The notes under the pieces: generated by a model
The model's database searches: none
What the model was told of the DNA's origin: nothing
Seen by the model: the letters and a program-made list of their open reading frames with translations, nothing else
Assembly (NCBI GenBank): GCA_973851085.1
Contig: OZ316775.1
Span: 15,314,001-15,378,000, forward strand
Length of the DNA stretch: 64,000 bases
Direction of reading: 5' to 3'
From: Ptychomitrium polyphyllum
Taxonomy: Eukaryota
Shown: positions 25,633 through 39,620 of the stretch, piece after piece
Layout: the number at the start of each line of letters is the position of its first letter
Numbering within the stretch: position 1 is the first letter of the stretch
Made by a program: the position numbers and the translations under genes

Positions 25633-28600
25633 ATGATTCATGAGATGCAAGATGACCAGCTTCACACTAGTGCCAGTAATGCAATCACCAGTAGATGCGC
25701 CAGCACCGATGTTCTTCTCGATGAGCAATCCAATCATGTAATAGTGCACCTATTCTTTTCACCTGGTTCATACTCGGATTTGTACCTAGCTATACGGACC
25801 ACATTTTGTAGAGTTGAAGCCCCGTCCTTGTGGAGCTGTATTTCTTTGTGAATGAGAAAATTCGCTAGAAATACAGGAAATTGAAGTCCGTCAGATTCTT
25901 AAACCACATGGGATGGCCTCAATGAATGGTGCAGGTTATCTTGGACAATGGAATAGTTCAAGTCACCATTACCAAGCCTGGCGGGATCGTTACTGGCGTC
26001 AAGTATGGCGGAATCGAGAATCTTCTCGAATATAATAACGAGGAAACCAACAGAGGGTGAGTCTTCACTTTTTTCATGGTTTTTCCCTCTTCACCTTTTG
26101 CGTGATCAACCAGAATCCTGTCTTTCAAACTGAAGTTTACCAAGCTTGGACATCAACCAGAGTGTGCACTAATTTCACACTCGTCCACTGGGAGGGCTTT
26201 GAGCTTTTGAGTTGTGACATGGCTTAAGCTTGAGCATTCGGAGTGTAGATACTGGGACATGAACTGGAGTCAAAATGGAGGACAAGACAACTTCTACGTG
26301 TAAGCTCATTAACTTAACTATTTTGGAATGACTTTCTCCTTGTCGTTTTACTACAGTGACGTTCAGCCAGATTGTGGGTAATAGATGATTACTGCTCTTG
26401 TCGTGAAGGACTTTTCGGAAAACAGAGAGGTTGAGGATGTACGCACCAGATACTCAGATTCAATTGCGTTCTGTACGACTTTTTTCGTCTGCTTGTTTGC
26501 AGAGTTTCTGGAAGCAATTTCAATGTCGTATACAACGATGCAGATAGAGTGGAGGTTTCATTTGTACGACTTTACAACCCCAAGTCTGGGTTAGGAGTGC
26601 CTCTCAACATTGATAAGCGGTGACTGCCTTAATCTCTCACAAATCTTATATTGTATATCAGAAGTCCTAATTTATGCAGCCTTTCCCACCTCCTACATTC
26701 TCGTGCTCACTTCAAATATATCTAAAGGTTTGGTTGTGGAATATCTGTTTGCCCCGCAGATTTGTGCTCCTGCGAGGGAGTTCGGGTTTTTACTCCTATG
26801 GAATTTATGAGCGACTAAGCGGCTGGCCTGCTTTCAACCTCAACCAAACACGGATCACGTTCAAGCTCTGCAATGACAAGTATATCAATATATTCTTTTC
26901 TAGCTTGACTTGTTGTTTGGGTCTGGCCATGTATTTCTCCCTTTCGTGTTTGTGAGTCCATGTATTGTCGTTGGCTTGAATATTTCCCTATACACTTCTC
27001 ATACAATTCTCATAACCCTCAAGTGTACTGAGCTTCCCAAAGGTTCCACTACATGGCCATAGCAGACGACAGACAGAGGGTGATGCCTCGCCCTGAGGAC
27101 TTGATGCCGGACAGGAGTCAACAGCTTGCTTACCCAGAAGCTCACCTCCTTACGAATCCCATTGACCCTGCTCTCGTAGGGGAAGTACGTTTTTTGTACA
27201 ACTTTTCATGTGTAACCTGAAACCTTAACCCTATCGTCCATCATCCAAAGAGTGATATATATACGAAGAACGTTTTGGCTGTGGACCTGCAGGTGGATGA
27301 CAAGTATCAGTACTCCATGGAAAACAAAGAGCTCAAAGTGCACGGTTGGATGAGTGCGGACCCGATGGTTGGTTTCTGGATCATTTCACCAAGTGCAGAG
27401 TTTCGAAATGGGGGTCCCATGAAGCAAAATTTAACGTCACACGTCGGCCCGACATGCCTGTCTGTGAGTTTTCCTTTCTTCTAGAACTTGTGCAGTCTTA
27501 AACCTTAATCTGTCTCACCTGCCTACGTTCCTAAAGGGCACACTAACTTCAAACTGGGCTTCCTCATCCTAATCTTCTATATATTCCTAATTTGCTTGAT
27601 TACTTACTGTGATTGTGATATAATTAATCTCCTGAATTCGTGGGGTTAATATTGTGGATGTTTTAGACATAAAATGATGTGCGAAGAGTATTGCATTGCA
27701 GATGTTTCACAGTGCACATTATGCTGGGATTGAGCTTTGCCCTGGGTTTGAAGAAGGGGAAGCTTGGAAAAAAGTTTTTGGTCCTGTGCTCATTTACCTC
27801 AACTCTGCACCAACGGACACTCCTTTCTTCGGCCTTTGGCAGAATGCTCAGGCTCAAGTAAGAATGTTACTTAGGTCGTCATTAGCTGGCAGTAGCATCT
27901 CTGATCTTTACTAACTCATGTATAATCCAGGATAAACTATGCCAGTCTGGTTATGGCAAGGCTTACCTCTTGGAGATCTCGTGATGTGTGTAGGCAACAA
28001 CTGAAATGAAGGTTTGGCCCTATTCCTGGCCTGCTTCACCTGACTTCCCAAAGGCAAGGGAACGCAGCTCTCTTCGTGGCCGGCTTTTTGTTTCCGATCT
28101 GTATGTACACACAACCTTAGTAATTATTATCCGTTCTGAAAACACGTAAATGATAAATCTTGCAACGGGAGTTTTGAATTCACATACCTCTAATCGCACA
28201 TGACTGCAGGTTCCAGCCACCGTACATATCAGTTGGCAAATATGCATTCTTAGGATTGGCAACTCCCGGCGAGGCAGGTTCATGGCAAACTGAGAGCAAG
28301 GTAAAGCATTAGTAAGGTTGATAATATCTGGCTTTCTGCACGCAATGTTAGAGATTGAAGCTCATTAAAGACTTGCTGTTTGATCGTATATGGCAATGCT
28401 TGATGTGGCAGGGCTACCAGTTCTGGACTCAAGCGGATGCTCAAGGAAACTTCTGTATAAGAAACGTTCGTGCTGGCAAGTATGACCTCTACGGATGGGT
28501 TCCTGGTGTTGTGGGAGATTACAAATTCAAAAATGGTCCCATCAACATACAACCCGGTGAGCCTCATAATACTGCATGTTTACCGAAGATTTACCGTTTG

Positions 28601-30456
28601 ATCCTTCAGTGAGAAATATGTATGCTTTTTCCCACAGCCAAGAGAAGTTCAATACTCATTTAAAATCCAAATATTGCAGGTGCGGTGATAGATATGGACC
28701 ATATAACTTACAGTAATCCTCAAGATGGACCTACGTTGTGGGAGATTGGCGTTCCTGACCGTACAGGAACAGGATTTTTCGTACCGGATCCAAATCCCAA
28801 ATATGTCAACAAGCTCTACCTTAACAGCAGCCAAAAGTGAGTACCACATTCCAATCAAAGTAGTGCAGTGTACATCAACTCTGTCAGTTCTTGCAATTCA
28901 GTCCATCAAGTTAGGATGACGTAATGATGTCAATGCTTGATGTTCTTTGCAACCAACAGATGGATAATTGCACACTACAGAGTACCATTTGGGTATCTGC
29001 ATACTCTTGAGCAACTCTGTGTAGTATCTCTTTTTGAACGTGCATTAATGATTTTAAGTTTTTTCCAATTTCTGGTTTAATACATCTAAGATATCTTGTG
29101 TACATTATTGTCATGATTTTAAAATGATTCAAATCTTCTTTAATGGCCATAAAAAGCCTACATTGTAGAAAGTATCTAAATTAAGTTAAGTCCAACATTA
29201 TATGTAATTTAAACTAATTTATAGTTTAAAAGATTATAAGATCTCATAAACATACTAACGTCTATGTGCAGAATAATTTTGAACTTCAAATTCTAAAAAT
29301 GGTATCATGTATCATTGGCATTTTGAATGTTTTAAATATACATTGTAATAATATGAAAATGCAGAAGGTTTTTAAACTTAGGGACATTTTCTCTAAATTC
29401 AAGATCAAATTTGTATTCATAGGTATAGATATTACTTGTCTTTATACTTTCTTTGAATTGATTTCCAATAATACATCCGATAATAATTTCCTATAAGGTA
29501 AAAAAACTGACAAAAGCAACAAATGTGATGAGAAATATGGTATACCATTGTGTGCAATTACGGAGATGAACGCTAAATGAACTTGGTGCACATTCTAGGT
29601 GGCGTCAGTATGGTTTGTGGGAAAGATATACCGACCTCTATCCAACAAATGACTTGGTATACACAGTCGGACAAAGCGACTGGCAGACAGATTGGTTTTA
29701 TGTACACCTCAATAGGTGAGCTTAGTACCCCTCTCGCACTTCTAGAGGATCCCCCTGTAACTCTCAAATTGCATGTAGCCTCAGCTGGTGAAACTGGAAA
29801 AGGGCTATCTATAATTCTCAGTGTAATTAACTATCAGGTAAGCGGAAGTTTGTAGAGTTGTTCATGCTCATGAAGGTGTGCGCCTTGTGGCAGGGTCATG
29901 CCTGATGGTTCATATGCAGCCACAACATGGGAGGTTCGGTTTGAGCTTACTGAAGTGAGCATCGGCAGCCCTTACAAATTCCAGGTGGCAACAGCTTCCT
30001 CAAATGGAGCTGCTATTCAGGTATTTCCATAAGCCGTAGCTTCCAAATTCCTACCACCAGAAACACATATTGAACCGTGTTTGGCATCGTGGCGACGTCC
30101 CTACTGAATGTGTGTAGAACTTCTTCGTCTTACAGTCACGCAATATCAACACCAAACTGTGCGACTCACTTGGGTGTCGGTTCTTACCTCTGTGAGTGCA
30201 GCTATTTGTGAACACACTCGATTCAACGGAACCCGTGTTCGATACAATGAAGTACGGCAAAGACAATGCCATTGCCCGCCATGGAATCCACGGACTTTAC
30301 AAGCTCTGGACAATTCCCATCGATGCAAAACTTCTGAAAGTTGGACAGAACAGCTTCTTTCTTAAACAACGCCTAGCCACAGGCCCTTTTACCGCAGTCA
30401 TATATGATTATCTGCGCCTGGAAGCACCAGCTAAAGTAGCAGTTCTACTGGAATGA
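25633..30456 (+). CDS. Rhamnogalacturonan lyase (polysaccharide lyase family 4), ~15 exons
   Basis: Spliced exons give DVLLDEQSNH|VILDNGIVQVTITKPGGIVTGVKYGGIENLLE...NRG|YWDMNW, VDDKYQYS, EFRNGGPMKQNLTSHVGPT, MFHSAHYAG, GYQFWTQAD, LYGWVPG, KDNAIARHGIHG, YDYLRLEAP. All introns seen are GT-AG. An upstream non-coding exon is likely (donor near 25480, TATAAA near 25307). Confidence 0.92.
28965..29560. mobile_element. Putative MITE / non-autonomous DNA transposon inside an RG-lyase intron
   Basis: AT-rich ~595 bp island bounded by taattgcacac (28965-28975) and gtgtgcaatta (29550-29560), extending imperfectly to ~24 bp. It makes this intron ~760 bp against ~90-210 bp for the others. Confidence 0.6.
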
Positions 30457-30938
30457 ATGTAAGTGATATAGACAAATTCTCAGAAATTGCTCAACAATAT
30501 CCATAAAATCTGTTGAAATACACACATTAAGTACATCTTGAACAAGCTTGAACAGAGTCTTTAACTAATCAAAATGTCACCTAGTCTAAAATTACATTAA
30601 CTCCAAACCAATCAAGAAAAGCTCTACGCTGATAGCAGCAGTGGCAAATCGATCGATGGCAGTGAACTTTGCAAAGTTACACTATTACTAGTAGCAGGAG
30701 TCTTGTGGCAAGTTTTGTCAGCCTGAGTACTTGCCAACGACGTTGCTTAAATTTACAAGCTGCGAGAAAATCTTAGACAGAATCTGAGGAACATATTATG
30801 GAAAACAATACATATGCGAGATTTGTTTTTCGACCAGAAACAACTTCGGGTCAAATGCCGCGGCTGCAGAGATTATAACGGATGCGCTGTATATTGGTGA
30901 CAGAGAGATAGAGAGGACGAGAGAGGTTGGTGTTAATT

Positions 30939-31970
30939 TCAGACACCGCCGGCGCCTCCACCGTGATTTTTGCAATTATGGACGTAGAGCTTGTCCATGA
31001 TGACGATGAGGGAGAAGATGAAGACCGTGTCCACACCCGGCTGCACAAGCACGTGGAATATGCTCTTTTCTATCAAGATGTTCTTCAAAGACGCATCTCG
31101 TACCACCTGCTCAAGCAAATACGTGATCTTACAGTTAGTGAGAATTTTTTGGACTTGCATTTGTGCTAATAACGATATCATGCAAGTACTCATCGTTCAG
31201 TTGGTACTAAGTCAGACTTTTACGATCAAGTTTGATGTAAAGTAAATAGAAAAAGTTTGAGGGGTCGAGCGTTAATAGAAGTTGTGATCTGTGTCTTACC
31301 TCTGCCACTTTTTCTTCGCCGAAGAATATTGTGCATTTTTTACATAGCCACTGGCCATTGATAGTGTACTCAGGAATCTCGCGCTCTGTATTAGATGAGA
31401 GAAATATTTGCAGTTGTGGACCGAAGCTGCAGAAAGAGGATTTCTTCATGGTCCAAAGCGGCTTGTCCTTATTGTCAGGTTCAAACGCTCTCCAGACACC
31501 CATCCACGACCATGGCTGCGCGTATAGGTCGCCGCAGAACAAGAAGAATCAGATGATCGAACAGCCAGATCGTGGATCGGAAGGATATGAATCACAGTGA
31601 AACTCTTTGCATTCAAGGGAGTCCTACAACATGAAGCAGGTGCACAAAAAACGGTTCTCGAATACAGTATACAGAAGGAGCGCTTGAGTCGTGTTTAACT
31701 CACCTTCTGTTCCATGAGCACGATGGTATTCCCGTTCATATCCACCAACTCCCTTCTGGCCTTGCACCAATCCACTCTCTTCCCGCGAACGTGAAAAACC
31801 TCTTGACCGTTCGCATTTATGATCGTCCAGTCTTTGGAAAAGATAGCATTTTCGAGAGTGAATTGCTCCGCTTTCGGTAGGCAGTACTGTGCTCCTACCA
31901 CAGCACCAGGCTCATCCTTCTGAAACGGCTCGGTCTGGTCACCAAAATCCTTTTGCCGCTTGTAGTCCAT
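30939..31970 (-). CDS. LURP-one-related (Tubby C-terminal-like, LOR) protein; 3 exons (~31970-31703, 31515-31300, 31106-30939)
   Basis: VVGAQYC, DWTIINANGQEVFHVRG, RRELVDMNGNTIVLMEQK|, EYTINGQW...CTIFFGEEKVAE|, FHVLVQPGVDTVFIFSLIVIMD; GT-AG introns. Confidence 0.85.
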
Positions 31971-34900
31971 CGCCTCGTTGGTAGAGTTTCCGATGTAAGA
32001 AAAGTTGTTCCCACTAGTTTCTCCCTTTTAGAGTGCACCGACTACACGCGACCACCGAGGCAACGAACTAAAGTAGGACTACTCTAACTGACGCTTCAAT
32101 CCAAAAACCCCGTACAAACACGAACAACAATATCGAAACCGAAGATGCAACCCTGACGTCGGCACCCTTTCGTTATAGTTAATACAATCGATGAGTCAAG
32201 GAGCCAAATAGATCTGAAGCAGCCAGCAAACCGTACAGAGCTAGCTAGGCTCTCTTTAAGATTCTCAGACAAAGCAACTGCAGCTATTACTCCAAACAAG
32301 ACCACAATAATATCATATAACCTCAAGACGCAAAACAACCCAACTGGGTACTCAATCCAGCAAGAAATGCACATCAACAGCAAGCAGAAGAAAAAAGCTT
32401 GCCCAAGTAGTTCCACGCACGTCGATCGTGGCTTCAATTCCTTCCACATTCAGTGAAACCACTGACGCAAATCTGACAACAGACTGCATATAAAGCACGA
32501 GATGGCTTACTCCGCGCCGAAGCGATACCGTGAAACACAAGCGACTGCGAACATACGACCAACGAACAAGGAAAACGTTCTGCAGTTTCCGGCACTTGGC
32601 TCCCCTGAAAACCGCAGCCCATCGTCGGAACTTGTCACTGCTTGCCGACTCCTCCCACTGGACGATCTTTTGGTGTCGAATCGCTGATCGGGTCTGTTGC
32701 CAACGTTCAACGTTGCAGGACATCGTCCTTCAGCAGATTACAAAATATCCCGGAAGAAACCTTGGAGCTCCAGTCATGGACGACATCGCTCCGACTTTGA
32801 CCTGCAAGCTCAGCTATGAAGATTCACTTCTCCGGGCAGCAGCACGCGGAATACTAATACCTATGACACCTAGCTGATACCATGGCGATACTCTGCGATA
32901 TTTTTCTGATACCCGGATTCGACTTGGGCGGGTATCTTCATGGACCATGACGATGAAGGCGTTGTGAAAGCTCATGTGACGCTCGTGGTGGGAGTTCCGT
33001 GAATCTCCAAGCGAGGTGAAATTTTGGTTTTGTACTTTACTTTATTGTTTCATAACTTTTTTTTCCCACTCTTGACTTTTCTGAATACTTTGATGTACCA
33101 ACTTTTTGCAAATTCTTGTATGTTTGCCTTCATATTTTTAATCATAGCCAATTTGACCTTTTAAAATTTTCCACAGCTCGCTAGCAAAATCTTGACTTCT
33201 TTATAATAAAGTAAATTCTTATAATACAATATTTCCAACAAAAAAACACCATGAACACTATGAACACCAAGATTGAAAAAAATTTGTAGACATTGTTGTT
33301 TTGTACAATTTATTATTTTTTATAAAGAGAAATATAAGGTACTTCTTATTATTGAACAGCTACCTTATATTAAATTCAGCTTATTGATATGCAATAATAT
33401 TTTTAATTGTTGTTTTTTCTGCTTATGATAAAAAAGTCTACATGTGTGATAATTTCATTTATGCTATTATGTCTAAGAATTAAAATATTTTATTTTCATA
33501 AGGTTTGATTTAATATTGATAAGTTTTCAAGTTTTTCTAAACTTAACTTCAATTACATGTTTTTTTCTTCAGTTTAAATAATTTATATCTTTAAAATACT
33601 GTAATTTGTTTTACATTCGTTAATATTTATTAGCCATAATAATTATTTACTTCTTATTAAGATAAGATTATCAATGTTTTATTTATTTTAATAATATTAT
33701 AATATTAATTAATTATATTAGTTTTATTAGATTAAATGAAAAGTTAAACTAATTTTTAAGTGTGGTTAATGTTATTAATTTCCAAAGATTGAAGCCATAA
33801 TATGAAAGGATCTATTTGTGAATTAAAAATTTTAAATTTCATTAAAAAAATTGGATTTAATGACAACTTGTTTTCTCATTTTTATAGAATATTTCTACAA
33901 ACTTTAAAATATTATTCATGTGTTTTGTGAAACTCAATGAATGAAAACCAAAAATATTTTTATATACTAAAGTATTATTTATAAGTTTTAATGGTCCAAA
34001 TAGATTTTTTTTTAATTCATATTATTTGTAGGATTGTTTAGACTTATTCAACACTTTCAACAATAATTTTCTTCTATAAAATAATTTAAACTAATCTAGC
34101 ATGGTTGGCTATTTTAAACCAAATTTTAAAACAATAATAAAAATCAAACAAGATTATTATTGGAAATAATTAAAATCTATTAAAAAAAATTTAATTTAAA
34201 ACTAAGGTATAAATTGAACAACATTTATGATTTATAATGCACATTTGGCTTCATCTTTTATTAGAAAATCATGTTATATTTTTCTTACTTTAAAAGTTCA
34301 TTTATATTGTAGTTGGTTTTTAAGATCTAATCTGGTTTTGAACTTATACTTACAAAGTTACCGCTTAATTGTATTTGCATTATAATCCAAACATTCATCA
34401 GAGGTTCCATTTTTGAACTCCATACTATGATTTATAAAATTATGATCATAATTCATTTATGATTTCAAAAATTATGATTATAAATTATAATTATAAACTA
34501 TAGACATTGAATTCTAAAGTTATATACCTAATCTTTATAAATAAAAATATCTTCATCATTAATAATTCATGCTTTTAAAACCTATAAATATAGAGCAAAT
34601 AATTCATTCTTTTAAAAAAAATTAATACATCATTTTAGCATTATTTTGGACCTTTGGCTTATAATCATAATCTTGTACAACATAATTAATTGAAATTTAG
34701 AAGAAACAATAGTATGTTTTATACTCAAAGATACCTAAAGAACTTCATTCATTTACAAGGCAAGTTCATCTAATAGTAGAACAAAACATTATTTAAATTA
34801 ATATTTGAAGCCAAATCACTTTTTGAATAAAGTATGACCTTTATTGATTTTTGACATTAAAAAATCTTGTTAAAAATATATCTTTAAAAGTGATATATAA

Positions 34901-35035
34901 CCATATAATATAATAATCAACACAATATATTTTGTATGTGGAAGTGATTAAAAATGTTTAATAGTATTAATAAAAAATTTATAATAAGTAATTCCAATGT
35001 ATTAATGAATTTCAACTACAATTTAGGATGAAATT

Positions 35036-35225
35036 ATGATGTGAACAATGATATAAACAATGAGTGGTAAAGGGTGAACAATGAGTGGTAAGGGGTGAGC
35101 AATGGGTGGTGAGTAGTGAATGGTAAATCATAAGATGTGAATATTGAGCAGTGAGCGGTGAGCCATGAAATGTGAATATTAAGCAATGAAATGTGAATAG
35201 TGAGTAGTGAGCAACGAGCATTGAA
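35036..35225. repeat. Degenerate 7/21-bp period minisatellite (aatgagtggtaaggggtgagc / agtgagc / tgtgaat)
   Basis: aatgagtggtaaagggtgaac aatgagtggtaaggggtgagc aatgggtggtgagtagtgaat ... with a 7-bp subperiod. Confidence 0.7.
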
Positions 35226-35254
35226 ATGCAAGTTTTTAATGGCAATAAATTAAA

Positions 35255-38200
35255 AACAACACTCCTTAAGTAGGCTACACTTCCCTAACTCCTCCTCTCT
35301 GAGTAGGCTGGACCTCAATGCTCCACCAAGTTGTCTTGGTTGCAAATTTAAGGTGGCTTTTATTCCACAACTCAGTCGCACGGGGGTAATGCCAAGTTCC
35401 GCCCAACCTGGATCCCACTATGTCTATTGAGACATGGATTCATGACTCCCATATACTAACTTTTGTTAATTTGTAGGAGTGGCGCTTTTATCAACACGCG
35501 CCATTACCTTGTCCTCGCCCGGACAAGCCCGAAACGAGGAAGTTTCATGGTTTTAACCATTCTTCCTCCCAGCCTTGGTCCCCATTACTCGGCCTTCCCA
35601 ACTTGGTTTGACATGTCTATTCCCCCTCTTCTACCAACTTAGCACAAGCACAAGACTAGGACGTCATCTTATATTCTTCTCTTTGCACACACAAAAGTTG
35701 AACTTTATTGCCATAAGTCAAGGAACCAATACATGATGTGAAGAAGTTATAACTACAAGCCACTCTCCCCCTACTAAAAGAGATTGATGTCCTCATCAAT
35801 GCCGACGTTGTCTTTTGTTGGAGTTCCTATCCCTTTCAAAGCGTTCCACCACTTCATTGGCATTTCCCAAGTCTTTGGTTGCTACCCAAGTTGCTTCCTT
35901 TTCATGGTACCCTCTCCACTTCACCAAATACTCTTTTCCTACTTTCTTATGGTGCCTACACCTGAGAATTCCTTCTACTTCATATTCCAAGTGGTCGCCC
36001 ACCAATTCCGGCAGTGGCCAAATCACTTGTTTGCAATTGGGCCACAAGGTATCTTTTTTAAATGGCTTAAGGAGTGAGACATGAAATGTTGGGTGCACTT
36101 TGATATCGGGTGGTAGCTCCAACTTGTACACATCTTTAAACACCCGCTCTACAATGGAAAACGGCCCCGCAAACTTGGACATGAACTTTGGAGTGAAGCC
36201 TTCGGGCAAGCTAAAGTTCTTCACATTCAACAACACCTTTTGGCCTACTTCATACTCCACTTCACGTCTTTCGGCATTGGCTTGTTTCTCGTACCGCTTT
36301 TGTGCCTTTTCCAACAAAAGCTTGGTCTTCTCCAACATTTGTTCCTCCTTTTTGGCTAAGTCCTCACCATCTTGGTTAAACTCTAGTGTTGAATGTGCCC
36401 CTTCGAGAGCTAAGTCGGCAGGCTGGAGTGGCTCCGCTCCATAGGCCACCTTAAATGGCAACTGCTTTATCACCGAATGGTTCGCTGCATTGTAACTAAA
36501 CTCCGCTAGGCTCACATAATCCACCCAACCGCACTGGTCCGCACTCACAAAGTTCCTCAAGTATTGGTTCAAGACTCCGTTCACTCGTTTTGTTTGCCCA
36601 TCCGTTTGAGGATGGAAGGCAGTGCTAAACGTCAATTTGGTTCCAACTTTCCTAAAGAAATGTTTCCAAAAAGCACTTGTGAATTTTGGATCTCGATCCG
36701 ACACAATCACTCTCGGCAACCCGTGATGTTTCCACCATGCATCAAGGAATAGCTTTGCGGTCTCATGTGTAAATACGATTCCTCTAGTTGACACCATGTG
36801 CGCCAACTTGCTAAAGCAATCCACCATCACAAAGATGGCATCATGCCCTTGCGATTCCGGAAAACTAGTGATGAAGTCCATGGACATGCTATGCCATGGA
36901 CCCGGCGGAATTGGCAAAGGTTGTAGTAGACCGGCTTGCTTTTTGTAAGAAGCTGTATTGAGTTGGCACTTCACACAAGTTTTCACAAAGTCGGTGATGT
37001 CCGCTTTCATGCCCTACCAGTAGTACCTTCTTGACACCGCCGCTATGGTGGTTTTTTCCCTTCTATGGCCGGCTATGGAACTATCATGTTCTTCTTTCAA
37101 AACCAACAACCGTAGTTTTCTTTGAGGCATATACACCCGACTTTGTTTGTACTTGAGAAATCCCTTCTCCAACTTAATTTCCTTAAGTTTCTTACCCTTT
37201 TTAAGCTCACCAAGAAGCCTTTGTGCTTCGAAGTCCTTCATGTACCCCTCTCTTATCTTCCTTTCCAAATTGCCTTCTCCCTTGTACATTACTCGCAGCA
37301 CTTGGGTTGTGCCCATCGCTTGCAACTCCTCCCGCCTACTTAGAGCATCCGGCACTATATTGTCACGCCCCGGCTTGTGGATCAAATCCACATTCATAAG
37401 TGCCAAGGTGTCGTGCCACCTCAATTGTTTTGCACTCATTTGTGCTTGTGACTCAAAGTGCTTCAAGGACACGTTGTCCGTGTAGACTTTGGTTTTATGT
37501 AGGCCCAAGTAGTGCCGCCATGTTTTCAATCAATGCACTATGGCAAAGAATTCTTTCTCGTGCGTAGGCCACTTCTTTTGGCACCCATCCAACTTTTTGC
37601 TCTCATAGGCAATTGGCATGCCTTCTTGCATGAGCACTCCGCCAATGGCAAAGTCACTTGCATCCGTGTAGATCTCAAAGGGCTTTTTAAACTTGAGAAA
37701 CTTCAATACCAGCGGTTGTGACAACTTATCCTTGAGTTCTTGAAAAGCTTGGTGACAAAATCCATCCCATACTTGGCTAGCTCCTTTCTTCAACAAGTCG
37801 GACAAAGGTCTAGCAATTTTGGAGAAGTTGCGTATGAACCTCCTATAATAATTTGCTAAGCTGAGAAATGATCTCAGCCCCTTTTGTGTAGAAGGTTGTT
37901 TCCACTCTCTAATTGCCTTTATCTTCCTTATGTCCGGCTTGATTCCATCATCCGTCACTATATGGCCCAAGAACTCAATCTCAAGTTGAGCAAACTCACT
38001 CTTTTCTCCGTTGGCATAAAGTTTGTGGTCCTTAAGTTTTTGAAGCACCACTTTGAGGTGCCTTGCATGTTCTTCCGCCAACTTGGAGTACACCAAGATG
38101 TCATCAATATAAACAATGACAAAGTCATCTATCTCTTCTCGAAAGATGGTATTCATGAGGGTCGTGAACGTCGAAGGAGCATTACACAATCCAAATGGCA

Positions 38201-38963
38201 TCACCAAAAATTCATAGGACCCATACTTAGTGCGGCACGTGGTCTTTGGCACATCTTCATCCGCAATGCGGATTTGATAGTAGCCCGACTTCAAGTCTAT
38301 TTGACTAAAGTATTTAGCGCCCGCCAATCTATCAAGAGGTCATCAATGCGAGGCAAAGGATAGTTGTTCTTGATGGTGGCTTTATTCAAGGCTCTATAGT
38401 CGACACACATGCGGAGCTTGCCATCCTTTTTGTCTACAAAGAGGACTGGTGCTCCATATGGCGACTTACTTGGCCTAACATAGCCTCTTTCCAACAAGTC
38501 ATTCAATTGCTTCTTCAACTCCTCTAGCTCTTTTTGGTTCAACCGGTATGGAGCCTTCAAAGGGGGCTCCGTTCCCGGTATCACTTCAATTTTGTGATCC
38601 ACTTCTCTTCTTGGCGGTAACTCTGCGGGCAGCTCATTGGTGAGCACATCCTTGTAACCACTTAGTACATTTTGAATGCACTAGGAAATAGTCCTAACCT
38701 CCTTGGCACTTGGCCTATTCCCCTCTTCTTGCTCCATTCGCATCACAACCACAAATTGATTATTCTCGAGTTGTTCTAAGGAAGATTAAGTTCAACTTTC
38801 CTTCCACAACCATAGGAGTCCGAGTCAACTTCAATATTGCCTCCTTCCCACCACGGCGCACTACTAACCGTGCTGGCTTTCGCTTCACAATTACCACATG
38901 AGTTTCGAAAAAGGTATCACCTAAAATGAGGTCTACCTCATCCATCTCACATTGTGTAAAACT
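35255..38963 (-). mobile_element. Ty3/gypsy chromovirus A (Galadriel-like), 5'-truncated and decayed: partial protease, RT, RNase H, integrase, chromodomain, PPT, partial 3' LTR
   Basis: RT ([24 protein letters not shown]), RNase H (TDASDFAIGG, WRHYL), integrase (MDFIT, VSDRDPKF, HPQTDGQ) and chromodomain (YEVEGIL...YLVKWRGY...ATW). PPT agggggagag at 35763-35772 is followed by TG. Frameshifts and stops are present. Clade label from recalled motif similarity; left boundary approximate. Confidence 0.85.
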
Positions 38964-39608
38964 TATTAGGAACATAAGAAATAAGAAGCAGAAAAGAAAT
39001 GTTTCCCAAGAATTAGCTTCCAAAGAGCTAATGATTAATAAGAACTTGATACAAAGACTAGAACAAGGCAAGACTTAAGATGATCCACAACTTGTGTTGG
39101 CAAGTCTATGGATTACCTTGTCTTGCCTCCTATTTTCACTATGACGTTTGTATCTCCTAGGATACTTCCGAAGAAGCTTCCTACAAGGCTTAAGAATGTT
39201 CTGGAAGTCTAGGGAACCTTCCCAAGAAGTTTCCTAAGATGTTGGAATCTTCCTAAGAGTCTTCCAAGGAGTTGGAACCTTCATTGGAAGTTTCCTAAAG
39301 AATTCGAACCTTCTTAGGAAGTTTCCTAAGGTAGTGGAACCTTCCTAGAAAGTTTCCTAAGATGATGGAACCTTCCTTGGAAGTTTCGTAAGATGTTGAA
39401 ACTTTCCTAGGAAGTTTCCTAGGAAGTTATTTAAGATGCTAGAACCTTCCTAGGAAGTTTTCTAAGGGGGAGGAACTTTCCTAGGAAGCTTCCCAAAAAC
39501 ATGGAAAGACTATGGAGACATCTAAAAGTATTCTAAGAAGCTATTATAATATACTAGAAGGTTCTAAAATGTTCTAAGGACTATGTTGCATGATCTATGT
39601 CCGTGACA
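38964..39608 (-). repeat. 3' LTR of element B (645 bp; + strand reads TA...CA, terminal TG mutated)
   Basis: Direct repeat of 45000-45583; both end tatgtccgtgaca; adjoins the PPT; holds nine ~31-bp units. Confidence 0.92.
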
Positions 39609-39620
39609 TCACCTCCCCAT

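Noticed and set aside
39213..39493. CRISPR-like appearance of ~31-bp palindromic repeats
   Set aside because: Units are contiguous with no unique spacers, lie inside LTRs, have no cas genes nearby, and the context is eukaryotic.
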